From the IMG/VR virus record IMGVR_UViG_3300032722_000006, positions 32,001 to 96,000 of that record: a stretch of 64,000 bases of DNA, one strand, 5' to 3'. A program made the position numbers and the translations under genes. The stretch comes from a virus. The notes below the pieces were generated by a model that worked only from the letters and a program-made list of their open reading frames with translations, was not told the origin of the DNA and did no database searches. Shown piece by piece: positions 48,302 to 55,674 of the stretch; positions within the stretch are counted from its first letter, which is position 1, and every line of letters starts with the position of its first letter.

Positions 48302-48499
48302 TCACCAGCAGCTGAACCCGTTTCCAGGGATACCATTGCAGTAGCAGATCACGCCTGTCGGCCCGGGCGGGATGACGCACCGACGCATTCCATTCGTGTC
48401 GCAGCAGTATGTCACGGGCTGAGCCTCAACTGGTGAAGATTGAACGCCGATGATTGCGAGTGACATGATGACGAGCAAGGTAGTGATGATCTTTTTCAT
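48302..48499 (-). CDS. Secreted six-cysteine peptide
   Basis: MKK + hydrophobic signal + VEA site; CC-x7-C-x10-CxC-x10-C. Confidence 0.65.
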   Translation of the reverse strand: MKKIITTLLVIMSLAIIGVQSSPVEAQPVTYCCDTNGMRRCVIPPGPTGVICYCNGIPGNGFSCW

Positions 48500-48533
48500 G
48501 ATCAGACATATTACTACGTCAGATGTCACTTGT

Positions 48534-48899
48534 TCAATCAGCCTTTAGACTACCCACGACCCTGTTGATCTCCTGGATAGAGCACGGTCCGAACGCTGCA
48601 CAGGTCGGCTCGTCCTCTTCATCGAGAAAAGGGTGCACCTCAACGTCAGCGAGCTGGGCGCGGAAGATTAGGTCCTCCAATGCTCCGAGCGATTCAACGC
48701 TCATGATGACGGGAGCGAAGGAACCTGACAACCACGTTGCCTCCGCGGGGGTCAACCTGATGTGGACCTCGTCCCCTCGTTCTGCCTCGTTATTGTCAAC
48801 AAGGAACATCATTGACGCATGCGCAATCTGAGCGGCCTGCTCGTTCTTGTGCATGTTCAGATCACGTCTTACCACGATGACTTGCTTCACGTCGTCCAT
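48534..48899 (-). CDS. Second PTH2-family protein (divergent active site)
   Basis: KQVIVVRRDLNM...AAQIAHA, PTCAAFGP. Confidence 0.8.
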   Translation of the reverse strand: MDDVKQVIVVRRDLNMHKNEQAAQIAHASMMFLVDNNEAERGDEVHIRLTPAEATWLSGSFAPVIMSVESLGALEDLIFRAQLADVEVHPFLDEEDEPTCAAFGPCSIQEINRVVGSLKAD

Positions 48900-48959
48900 G
48901 GTTTCCTCCGCTTTTCAAAGATCGTACTACGACACCGGCATCCGAGGATGTTGATGTTG

Positions 48960-49031
48960 TGATCCCAGTCGGGTTCGAACCGACGTCCTCCACCGTGTCA
49001 GGGTGGCGCGCTACCGCTGTGCCATGGGATC
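48960..49031 (-). tRNA. tRNA-Val(GAC)
   Basis: CCACC-CTGACAC-GGTGG. Confidence 0.9.
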
Positions 49032-49094
49032 GTAAAGGAGCATGCGAGTGCATGGTGCCTGCTCCTCTAAGTAGGAAGTTCGTCCGTCAGTGCG

Positions 49095-49433
49095 TCACTT
49101 TCCCGGACGTTTCTGCTGAGAACGCTCTCGGCGCTCCTTCGCGCGCATTCGCTTCTCGGGCTCAGCAGACGCGACGGGCGCGGTCGGTGCTCCTACAGCC
49201 TCGACCACCTTCTTCGCGTCCTCAATCTTCGCAAGGATGCGAGCTCGCTGCTTCGCAGCACCGACGCCCTTTCCCAATCGAGAATCGAGCGCATCCAGCT
49301 GTGCCTGAGGCGACAAGCCCGTCCAGTGCTTCAGACGCTCGGTGCCCTCTTCCTGCTGGATCTTCCTGTGGTCGGGTCGGGGTCCACCACCTGTGAACCT
49401 GCGATCAGTGTTCGTCCTCTTTGCTTGTCCCAT
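49095..49433 (-). CDS. Basic hypothetical protein
   Basis: AAGGA...GGTG RBS; Lys/Arg-rich. Confidence 0.65.
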   Translation of the reverse strand: MGQAKRTNTDRRFTGGGPRPDHRKIQQEEGTERLKHWTGLSPQAQLDALDSRLGKGVGAAKQRARILAKIEDAKKVVEAVGAPTAPVASAEPEKRMRAKERRERSQQKRPGK

Positions 49434-49488
49434 CGTCTTCACCTGGTCCTTTCGTTCCATCAGACACACGGTGACCATCACCGTGCAG

Positions 49489-49563
49489 CACCCTCGGCAG
49501 GATTCGAACCTGCGTTACTACAGCTTAGAAGGCTGCGGCCTAATCCGTTCGAGCCACGAGGGC
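49489..49563 (-). tRNA. tRNA-Arg(TCT)
   Basis: GCAGC-CTTCTAA-GCTGT. Confidence 0.9.
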
Positions 49564-49567
49564 ATTG

Positions 49568-49641
49568 TCTTCACGGCAGGATTCGAACCCGCGACCTCTC
49601 GCTTCGGAGGCGAGTGTTCTGTTCCGCTGAACTACATGAAG
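49568..49641 (-). tRNA. tRNA-Arg(CCG)
   Basis: CTCGC-CTCCGAA-GCGAG; C1:G72. Confidence 0.9.
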
Positions 49642-49645
49642 ATTG

Positions 49646-49720
49646 TCTCCTCGGAGGGATTCGAACCCCCGACACCCGGTTTAGGAAACCGGAGTTCTAT
49701 CCTGGCTGAACTACGAGGAG
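49646..49720 (-). tRNA. tRNA-Arg(CCT)
   Basis: CCGGT-TTCCTAA-ACCGG; C1:G72. Confidence 0.9.
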
Positions 49721-49813
49721 ATGAGAAAGCACTTTCACCTGCCGCCGATCCCTACGTGAGACAGCTCACGATCCGTGAACGGGACAAATTATGCTGCGGT
49801 TACTCATGCTATG

Positions 49814-49896
49814 TGCCAACGGAGGGAGTTGCACCCTCACGCTCTTTCGAACGGCGGATTCTGAGTCCGCTGTGACTGCTGTTCCACCACGTTGGC
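49814..49896 (-). tRNA. tRNA-Leu(CAG)
   Basis: GCGGA-CTCAGAA-TCCGC; T loop TGCAACT. Confidence 0.9.
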
Positions 49897-49897
49897 A

Positions 49898-50314
49898 TTA
49901 CGTGACCTTCTTGACCCTGCTGACCCACCACCTTCGAGCGAACCTTGAGACGAGATACGCTTCCGCGAGCCGCTTCGATCGCCACACCCTCTGTGCAAGA
50001 GCGCTGGGTGAGTACGATGACGTGACAGTGTATCCTTTCCTGAGACCGTATGCGATCGCTTCAGAATACAAGGCGAGTCCCAATCCTTTTCCTCTGTGCC
50101 CCTGATCGAGGTTTGAGTGCGTCTCGTACACCCTGACGGGATGACCCGCACAGTTTGCTGATGCTTCGACTACATTGACACTTCCGATCTCCTTGCCGTT
50201 GAACTTTAGCTTCACGGTGTAGTCAGTGAAGTTTTCCTTAGGAGTGACGCTGATTGCGTATCCGGCCGGCAGCTGCATGAGACCAACATACCACGTCGGT
50301 CTACGGATTTGCAC
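49898..50314 (-). CDS. GNAT-family acetyltransferase
   Basis: Acetyl-CoA motif HRGKGLGLALY; S..AQRVW. Confidence 0.75.
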   Translation of the reverse strand: MQIRRPTWYVGLMQLPAGYAISVTPKENFTDYTVKLKFNGKEIGSVNVVEASANCAGHPVRVYETHSNLDQGHRGKGLGLALYSEAIAYGLRKGYTVTSSYSPSALAQRVWRSKRLAEAYLVSRFARRWWVSRVKKVT

Positions 50315-50786
50315 TCTCTTCTTCGCTCCGACATTCCTCCCTAATTTCCATTAGAAGTCGCCCGAGCCAGTTCTGACCTACACCTTTGTAAACGCCCCAG
50401 AACTTGTCACCCCACGTGTTACCCTCGACCAACGGGATATCTTCTGTCGCAAGTAACATTGACCTAAGAAGGGGGTTCTTGAATTTTTCCTGCAGCAGAT
50501 TCCGCATCACTGTCACCTTCTGTAGGTCCCAGTCAGTGGGTAGCTTGACAGAGTAACCGAGCTTTTTTGCAATGCCCGGTGACGCTGCTTCGCGGATCAT
50601 CTTCTTCGTCACCGGGTCGGATGACTTCGCCGCCTGGTACGCATGCTCCACTGTTGGGTAACGATCACCGTCGACCCAAATTGATGCTGCGTAGAAATTG
50701 CTCAAGAACCCAAACTCACCTCTGAAGTGATCGATTTCTACGGGTTTCTCTGACGGAAGCTGCGGTTGGCGTGTTTCGTCGCTCAT
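50301..50786 (-). CDS. NADAR (YbiA-like) protein
   Basis: FLSNFY, YPTVEHAYQAAK, AKKLG, KFKNP.L...L.AT, EGNTWGDKFWG, GQNWLG.LLM. Confidence 0.92.
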   Translation of the reverse strand: MSDETRQPQLPSEKPVEIDHFRGEFGFLSNFYAASIWVDGDRYPTVEHAYQAAKSSDPVTKKMIREAASPGIAKKLGYSVKLPTDWDLQKVTVMRNLLQEKFKNPLLRSMLLATEDIPLVEGNTWGDKFWGVYKGVGQNWLGRLLMEIREECRSEEESANP

Positions 50787-51322
50787 CTGCTTCTTGTGAC
50801 CTCTTCGCAAACGCTGACGTCATCTTCTTCATCGAGTTCCGTCGCCATGAGCGCCTGGATCCTCGAACCGTCGCCCCAATGGATCTTGGCAACGTTGTCA
50901 GTCGCGTTGTGACAGTGACCGTGTGTGTAAGCAGTCAGAAGGTTGCTGTTCTTCATGCCTGCCTTCTGGCAGGCGGCAATGCTTTCGTCGAGATGGTGCA
51001 ATGCGACGGCGGCTTGCTTCGAGACGTCAGGTGAACACAAAGCTGCTTTTTCTTGATCGTTGAACGGGTGGACCTGGAATGCGCCGAGTGCCTCGCCATG
51101 ATCGCCTCTGACCTTGCATGAAACTACATCATCACGCCACCCACCGGTTTCCCATCGAGCGATCTTGATCAAGGTCTCGACCTTCTGAGGATCTGTCGTC
51201 GTTTGCACGATCGCATCGACGACATTTGTCATCGTGTGAAAATCGTAAGGACCCCAGTTAGAATTCCACGTGCTGTCTGTCAGGTTCATTGCGAAGATGA
51301 GGGCTGCCGTGGCTAGATTCAT
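50783..51322 (-). CDS. Exported lysozyme/transglycosylase-like protein
   Basis: Hydrophobic N-terminus, ARWETGG catalytic-Glu-like motif, GAFQV, LTAY. Confidence 0.55.
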   Translation of the reverse strand: MNLATAALIFAMNLTDSTWNSNWGPYDFHTMTNVVDAIVQTTTDPQKVETLIKIARWETGGWRDDVVSCKVRGDHGEALGAFQVHPFNDQEKAALCSPDVSKQAAVALHHLDESIAACQKAGMKNSNLLTAYTHGHCHNATDNVAKIHWGDGSRIQALMATELDEEDDVSVCEEVTRSR

Positions 51323-51427
51323 TCTTGTGTAGACTCCATGATGCCGGCGAGATAGGTGCCGACACCCCGTCATTATACTTCACCTGTAAAAAATGTTTCA
51401 CTGCCATGTGTTCATGATGAATAATTG

Positions 51428-51501
51428 TCTCCTCGGTGGGATTCGAACCCACGACCTCCGGCTTCGCAGACCGGTGCTCTAATCCGCTGAGCTACGGGGA
51501 G
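51428..51501 (-). tRNA. tRNA-Arg(GCG)
   Basis: CCGGT-CTGCGAA-GCCGG; C1:G72. Confidence 0.9.
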
Positions 51502-51970
51502 ATGATGTTATGAGCCTCCACGGGATATTCGCCTTGACGACGCGGTCTAGCATGTCTGCTGTTCCGCGACTGTCCTGGACGTTATTGTGAAATGCTACGC
51601 AAACATCGATGGGCTCTTCTGCCTTGTGTTCTTTGTCAAGCATCTGCTGGTTTCTGATGGGACCCGCAGCGTTCTTGAACTGAATCCAATCAGCAGGATA
51701 CGCTCTGACCTCAAAGTCCAACGCTTCTGCAACTGCAGCACAGATGATGTCCGCACCCTTGCATGCACCGTGAACTAGGATTGTGCCGGGCCTGTAGCCC
51801 TTCAGAACCTCAACGACTGAGGTGATGTCTGACCACTCCCTGTCACCGGTGACGAGAATTTTCTTGATGATCGTCTCGGAAGGTATGGTTCGACGCTCCT
51901 CATCGTCACGACGCTCGTGATAACGACGTTCGACTTTCTCACGACGAATTTTGCCTGTTCTTTGTTTCAT
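51479..51970 (-). CDS. SLOG-superfamily (DUF2493/YspA-like) protein
   Basis: ILVTGDREW, VHGACKGAD, YPADW....AAGPIRNQQML, SRGTADM. Confidence 0.85.
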   Translation of the reverse strand: MKQRTGKIRREKVERRYHERRDDEERRTIPSETIIKKILVTGDREWSDITSVVEVLKGYRPGTILVHGACKGADIICAAVAEALDFEVRAYPADWIQFKNAAGPIRNQQMLDKEHKAEEPIDVCVAFHNNVQDSRGTADMLDRVVKANIPWRLITSSPRSSAD

Positions 51971-52047
51971 GGTCTCCCTGGAGGGATTCGAACCCCCGAC
52001 CTTCACGTTCGTAGCGTGCTGCTCTGTCCGGGCTGAGCTACAAGGAG
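51970..52047 (-). tRNA. tRNA-Arg(ACG)
   Basis: GCACG-CTACGAA-CGTGA; C1:G72; CCA. Confidence 0.9.
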
Positions 52048-52054
52048 ATGATTT

Positions 52055-52279
52055 TCAACGAATGTCGAGTTCAGAAAGTTTGACACAACTAACGTCGCCG
52101 TCGGAGTGGTACCACCCGTCTTCTGACCATTCAACGATGACGTATTCTGGGCCTTTCTTCGAAAGGGCGATGATCGTGCAACCACCGACCTGTTTAGGTC
52201 CACAGCACAAATCACGTAGGAATGCATGTTGACCGATGAGCGTCTTTTTCTTGCCTAACATGTGACGATCGTACATCAT
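52055..52279 (-). CDS. Small hypothetical protein
   Basis: Fills the gap between RNA genes. Confidence 0.5.
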   Translation of the reverse strand: MMYDRHMLGKKKTLIGQHAFLRDLCCGPKQVGGCTIIALSKKGPEYVIVEWSEDGWYHSDGDVSCVKLSELDIR

Positions 52280-52303
52280 CAGACAGATGAATTACACTCT
52301 TGC

Positions 52304-52332
52304 GTCCTGGTGATGGGATTCGGACCCACTAC
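52304..52332 (-). pseudogene. Orphan tRNA 3' fragment (T arm plus acceptor strand)
   Basis: GTGGG-TCCGAAT-CCCAT-CACCAGG-A next to the HNH gene start. Confidence 0.45.
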
Positions 52333-52365
52333 CATTTACGTGACACGTGTTGTATATTCGTATAC

Positions 52366-52926
52366 ATGAACACTTGCCTAGAATGTCACACAGATACGTA
52401 TAACGCTATGTTTTGTTCACGAAAATGTGCGGTTACGTTCAATAATCGTGGTGTTCAACACAACAAGGTCAAACCAAGAAATTGCGCAAAGTGCGGTGAC
52501 GTTTATTTCAACGTTTGCGGTCGACGTTCTCGCCTCTGCGTGAAATGCAGAGAAGAATTTGATAACAGAAGCGATGAGATTGACAATCGAACGTTGCGTT
52601 TCTATTGGGATAAGACAGGGCAAATAAGCTCTCCTGCAACGTTTCACGAGGTACGACATCACGCCAACAGGCGAAACAAACACCGTCTTCAAGCATGTCA
52701 ACGATGTGGTTATTCAAAACACATCGAGTATGCACACATCAAACCCATAATCAGCTTTGATCTTGATACACCGATCAAGATCGTCAACGCTGAATCGAAC
52801 ATTCTGCTCTTGTGTCCAAATTGTCATTGGGAATTTGATAATGGACATCTAAAACTTGTGCCGGGAATGGGACTCGAACCCACGCATGTCACTGCTTATG
52901 AAACAGCCGCTCTGCCTCTGAGCTAA
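52366..52926 (+). CDS. HNH homing endonuclease, antisense to the array (overlaps tRNA-CAT)
   Basis: FCSRKCA, CQRCG, AHIKPI....N...NILLLCPNCHWEFD; AT-rich. Confidence 0.88.
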   Translation: MNTCLECHTDTYNAMFCSRKCAVTFNNRGVQHNKVKPRNCAKCGDVYFNVCGRRSRLCVKCREEFDNRSDEIDNRTLRFYWDKTGQISSPATFHEVRHHANRRNKHRLQACQRCGYSKHIEYAHIKPIISFDLDTPIKIVNAESNILLLCPNCHWEFDNGHLKLVPGMGLEPTHVTAYETAALPLS

Positions 52927-52932
52927 CCCGGC
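52859..52932 (-). tRNA. tRNA(CAT), elongator Met or Ile2
   Basis: GCTGT-TTCATAA-GCAGT. Confidence 0.85.
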
Positions 52933-53039
52933 ATGATGGGACGTAACCACCACGCCCCCACCACATTCTCGCTTTCACCTTCAACGTTGGTGTACGTTTT
53001 CCGCATATTCAATTTGCGAATCAGACGGTTACTCGCTCG

Positions 53040-53122
53040 TACACCCAGAGGGACTCGAACCCCCACGCCCTTTCGGGCACTGCAGCCTAAGTGCAGCACG
53101 TCTACCATTCCGCCATGAGTGC
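53040..53122 (-). tRNA. tRNA-Leu(TAG)
   Basis: CTGCA-CTTAGGC-TGCAG; long variable arm. Confidence 0.9.
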
Positions 53123-53217
53123 ATGCAGGGGATTCTATGAACCCCTGTCAATGACGCGATCATCCGTTGTCATTAACTAGCGACGATCATTGTCGATGAT
53201 GACGATCGTCGTTATTG

Positions 53218-53290
53218 TGCCCCCGGAAGGAATTGCACCTTCGACATCCGGTTTCGAAGACCGGCGTTCTTTCTGCTGAACTACGGGGGC
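53218..53290 (-). tRNA. tRNA-Arg(TCG)
   Basis: CCGGT-CTTCGAA-ACCGG; T loop TGCAATT. Confidence 0.9.
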
Positions 53291-53292
53291 GT

Positions 53293-53639
53293 GGGTGGTA
53301 CGTAAGCGGGATTTTGTCTAGGATGATCATTCCTCTGTGATGTGTGTCACCACACATCTATAGCAACAACCCGCATGCTCGGGCGAACAGCCCTCAAACG
53401 CACACTGTTTGTCTTGCTCCGGGAGGGACCCCTTACCGTCTGCATTGCTGCATTCGTGGTGGGCTCTTACTCCACCGTTTCACCATCACCTGATCCTCTT
53501 TTGTGAGGCCATCGGCTGTCTTTTCTCTGTTGAGTCTTCCGTCACCTTGCGATGCCCAGTCGTTAGCTGGTTCCCTGTTCTATGGAGTCCCGACTTTCCT
53601 CTGCGCGTATAGTACGCAGCGATCATCTTTCTCCACCCC
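53293..53639 (-). ncRNA. rnpB: RNase P RNA, bacterial type A
   Basis: CR-I GAGGAAAGTCGGGAC pairing with CR-V ACAAAATCCCGCTTA; AACAGAGAA, GGTGAAACGGTGGAGTAAGAGCCCACC, GGAGCAAG; P1 GGGTGG/CCACCC. Confidence 0.93.
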
Positions 53640-53641
53640 TG

Positions 53642-53724
53642 TGCCATCGGAGGGAATTGCACCCTCACACCCTCGCGGGCGCCGGAGTTTGAAACCGGTG
53701 TGTCTGCTGTTTCACCACGATGGC
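53642..53724 (-). tRNA. tRNA-Leu(CAA)
   Basis: CCGGT-TTCAAAC-TCCGG; T loop TGCAATT. Confidence 0.88.
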
Positions 53725-53725
53725 A

Positions 53726-53838
53726 TTACTTTTTCGTTTAGATTCTGAAATTTGTTTTCGAGTTTCAATTGTATGTTTTCTTCCTCGAAATCTGTGTGTT
53801 CCGGTGATAGAGTGACAATTAGGACACAAATATTCGAG
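53726..53838 (-). pseudogene. C-terminal remnant of an HNH-NUMOD3 endonuclease
   Basis: Reads LEYLCPNCHSITGTHRFRGRKHTIETRKQISESKRK with no start of its own. Confidence 0.75.
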
Positions 53839-54325
53839 GCTTGCCCGATCCCACCCATGCGTTGATTTTCACTTTTTCCCATTGTTCTGGTGGACTACCG
53901 TTCTTGCCTAGCTGCAGGATGTTCATTGTCCTGTGCCAACCTTCGTACAATTCGTACCCGTCCACCCTCTTGATCACGATGATCGGTTCGTTCTTTCCTG
54001 TTGAGACCGCGAGTTCCTTGTGCCTTGCCATTCGTTCTTCGTCATTGTGAACTTCGTATGGATTTATCGCACCAAATTGTCTCTCGAGGATGCGCCTGCG
54101 TGTGTCTGGAGCGAAGTCACTCAAGTTGACTATGATGACCTGTTGATGCCAATTGAGGCGATCGAATGCCTTGTACAGGGGATGTTCACCCATCCCAGTC
54201 CTATAGAAATCGTGTAGTACGTATTCAGGGATGTTTGGGTACTTCCTGCGAAGTTCCTTGTAGAGACCTTTCCATCTCATCTCAATGATCAGGCTGATCG
54301 CCTCACGAAGCAACGTCAACGACAT
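53819..54325 (-). CDS. ParB/Srx-like domain protein with N-terminal LLREAI..IIE helix
   Basis: EPIIVIKRVDGYELYEGWHR; ATAGTTA motif upstream. Confidence 0.65.
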   Translation of the reverse strand: MSLTLLREAISLIIEMRWKGLYKELRRKYPNIPEYVLHDFYRTGMGEHPLYKAFDRLNWHQQVIIVNLSDFAPDTRRRILERQFGAINPYEVHNDEERMARHKELAVSTGKNEPIIVIKRVDGYELYEGWHRTMNILQLGKNGSPPEQWEKVKINAWVGSGKPRIFVS

Positions 54326-54341
54326 GTCAGTAACTATTCTG

Positions 54342-54425
54342 TGTCATCGAGGGGACTCGAACCCCTACGGCCTTTCGGCCACAAGCACCTCAAGCTTGCG
54401 CGGCTACCAATTACGCCACGATGAC
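54342..54425 (-). tRNA. tRNA-Leu(GAG)
   Basis: CAAGC-TTGAGGT-GCTTG. Confidence 0.9.
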
Positions 54426-54505
54426 ATTGGAGGAGGGAATCTGGTCGCCTCCCTCCGAGGGCGTTTTATGCTGATCGTCAGCAATTTCTTGCCTCCCAGG
54501 CCAGG

Positions 54506-54588
54506 TGCTATCGAGGGGAGTTGCACCCCTACGCCCTTTTGGGCACAACGTTCTCACCGTTGCGTGACTGCTGTTCCACCACGATAGC
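54506..54588 (-). tRNA. tRNA-Leu(GAG), second variant copy
   Basis: CAACG-GTGAGAA-CGTTG; T loop TGCAACT. Confidence 0.85.
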
Positions 54589-54600
54589 GTGTGATGTCTG

Positions 54601-54675
54601 TGACCCCAACGGGATTCGAACCCGTGTTCCCTGCTTGAAAGGCAGGTCGCCTAGGCCTCTAGCATTGATGGGGCC
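54601..54675 (-). tRNA. tRNA-Glu(TTC)
   Basis: CCTGC-CTTTCAA-GCAGG. Confidence 0.88.
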
Positions 54676-54802
54676 ATTTTCCACCTGCTACTGCTCAGCT
54701 TTTTTCGGCCTGCCGTAGCTTTCCGGGTGATGGAAACCGTTGATTTGGTGACAATGCGAAGTTCGTTTTCCGTTCAAATTCGGTGTCCTTTCGCATTGTC
54801 GG

Positions 54803-54877
54803 GGTGACTGACGGGATTCGAACCCGCGAATATCCGATTCACAGTCGGACGCCTTAGGCCTCTTGGCTACAGCCACC
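54803..54877 (-). tRNA. tRNA-His(GTG)
   Basis: TCCGA-CTGTGAA-TCGGA; G-1:C73. Confidence 0.92.
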
Positions 54878-55025
54878 ATGAAACACTACTTCTTCTTGTT
54901 CTTCTTTTCGAACTGATCCTTGTAGACGTACATTGCAACGACAACGATGACGACGGCTGCAGCAATCTTGAGTTTGTTGTTCATATAGAGAACATACCAC
55001 ACCGGCTGGTGTTAGTACACTCAGG

Positions 55026-55097
55026 AGCTGACGAAGGGATTCGAACCCTCACACGGGACTTTACAGGAGTCCAACCCGACCGTTGGGCGACATCAGC
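55026..55097 (-). tRNA. tRNA-Thr(TGT)
   Basis: GGACT-CCTGTAA-AGTCC; C33. Confidence 0.8.
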
Positions 55098-55111
55098 ACG
55101 TACCTTTCACT

Positions 55112-55176
55112 TTCGCTCAGGACTTGAACCTGATCTTAGGCTTGGACAGCCCCGTGCAACCGTTACACTAGCCTCA
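55112..55176 (-). pseudogene. tRNA-like element lacking an acceptor stem
   Basis: D arm GTGT-AACGGTT-GCAC and T arm TCAGG-TTCAAGT-CCTGA intact; only 2 acceptor pairs. Confidence 0.6.
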
Positions 55177-55191
55177 AGAGTTACTCAGTCG

Positions 55192-55270
55192 TGGTCCCAG
55201 AGGGATTCGAACCCTCACGCATTCGCAGCGATTTTTAAGATCGCCGTGTCTACCGTTCCACCATGAGACC
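55192..55270 (-). tRNA. tRNA-Leu(TAA)
   Basis: GCGAT-CTTAAAA-ATCGC. Confidence 0.9.
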
Positions 55271-55288
55271 AGGTTCATCTCTTTCACC

Positions 55289-55375
55289 TGCATTCGATGG
55301 GACTCGAACCCATAAGCCTCGTCAGAGGCGCCAGCCTTTTTGTCGGCCCGCGTATGCCATTTCCGCCACGAATAT
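55289..55375 (-). tRNA. Leu-type tRNA body with degenerate anticodon loop (GACAAAAA)
   Basis: Leu-like D arm, long variable arm, A73; no U33. Confidence 0.65.
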
Positions 55376-55394
55376 TGATGGTTACTTGAAACGG

Positions 55395-55467
55395 AGCGGA
55401 TGACGGGATTCGAACCCGTGTGTCCAGAGTGGCGCTCTGGTGCCTGAAACCTCTCGGCCACACCCGC
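55395..55467 (-). tRNA. tRNA-Gly(GCC)
   Basis: CCAGA-GCGCCAC-TCTGG; G32, C33; U73. Confidence 0.85.
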
Positions 55468-55468
55468 A

Positions 55469-55544
55469 TGGAGCTGACGATGGGACTCGAACCCATGTGT
55501 TCCTCTTTACCGAAGAGGGGCGCCTGCCTCTGCGCTACGTCAGC
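55469..55544 (-). tRNA. tRNA-Thr(GGT)
   Basis: CCTCT-TCGGTAA-AGAGG; C33; CCA. Confidence 0.88.
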
Positions 55545-55548
55545 GTTG

Positions 55549-55670
55549 AGTCGAGAGAGGGAGTCGGACCCACATGCCCTTCAGATGCCTACGACATCGT
55601 CCGGGCGGCCCGTGTTGGAACACGTGCTGTGCCTGCCGGTTACACCACTGAGGATCGTGCCTCAGGCCAT
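55549..55670 (-). ncRNA. Enlarged tRNA-like RNA
   Basis: D-like arm, extended central stem, nested long arm, T-like arm, and a 3' end TCTCGACT identical to that of tRNA-Cys. Confidence 0.5.
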
Positions 55671-55674
55671 GCGT

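Noticed and set aside
47224-53122. tRNA-Ser(TGA) and tRNA-Leu(TAG) as suppressors
   Set aside because: These are anticodons reading the sense codons UCA and CUA.
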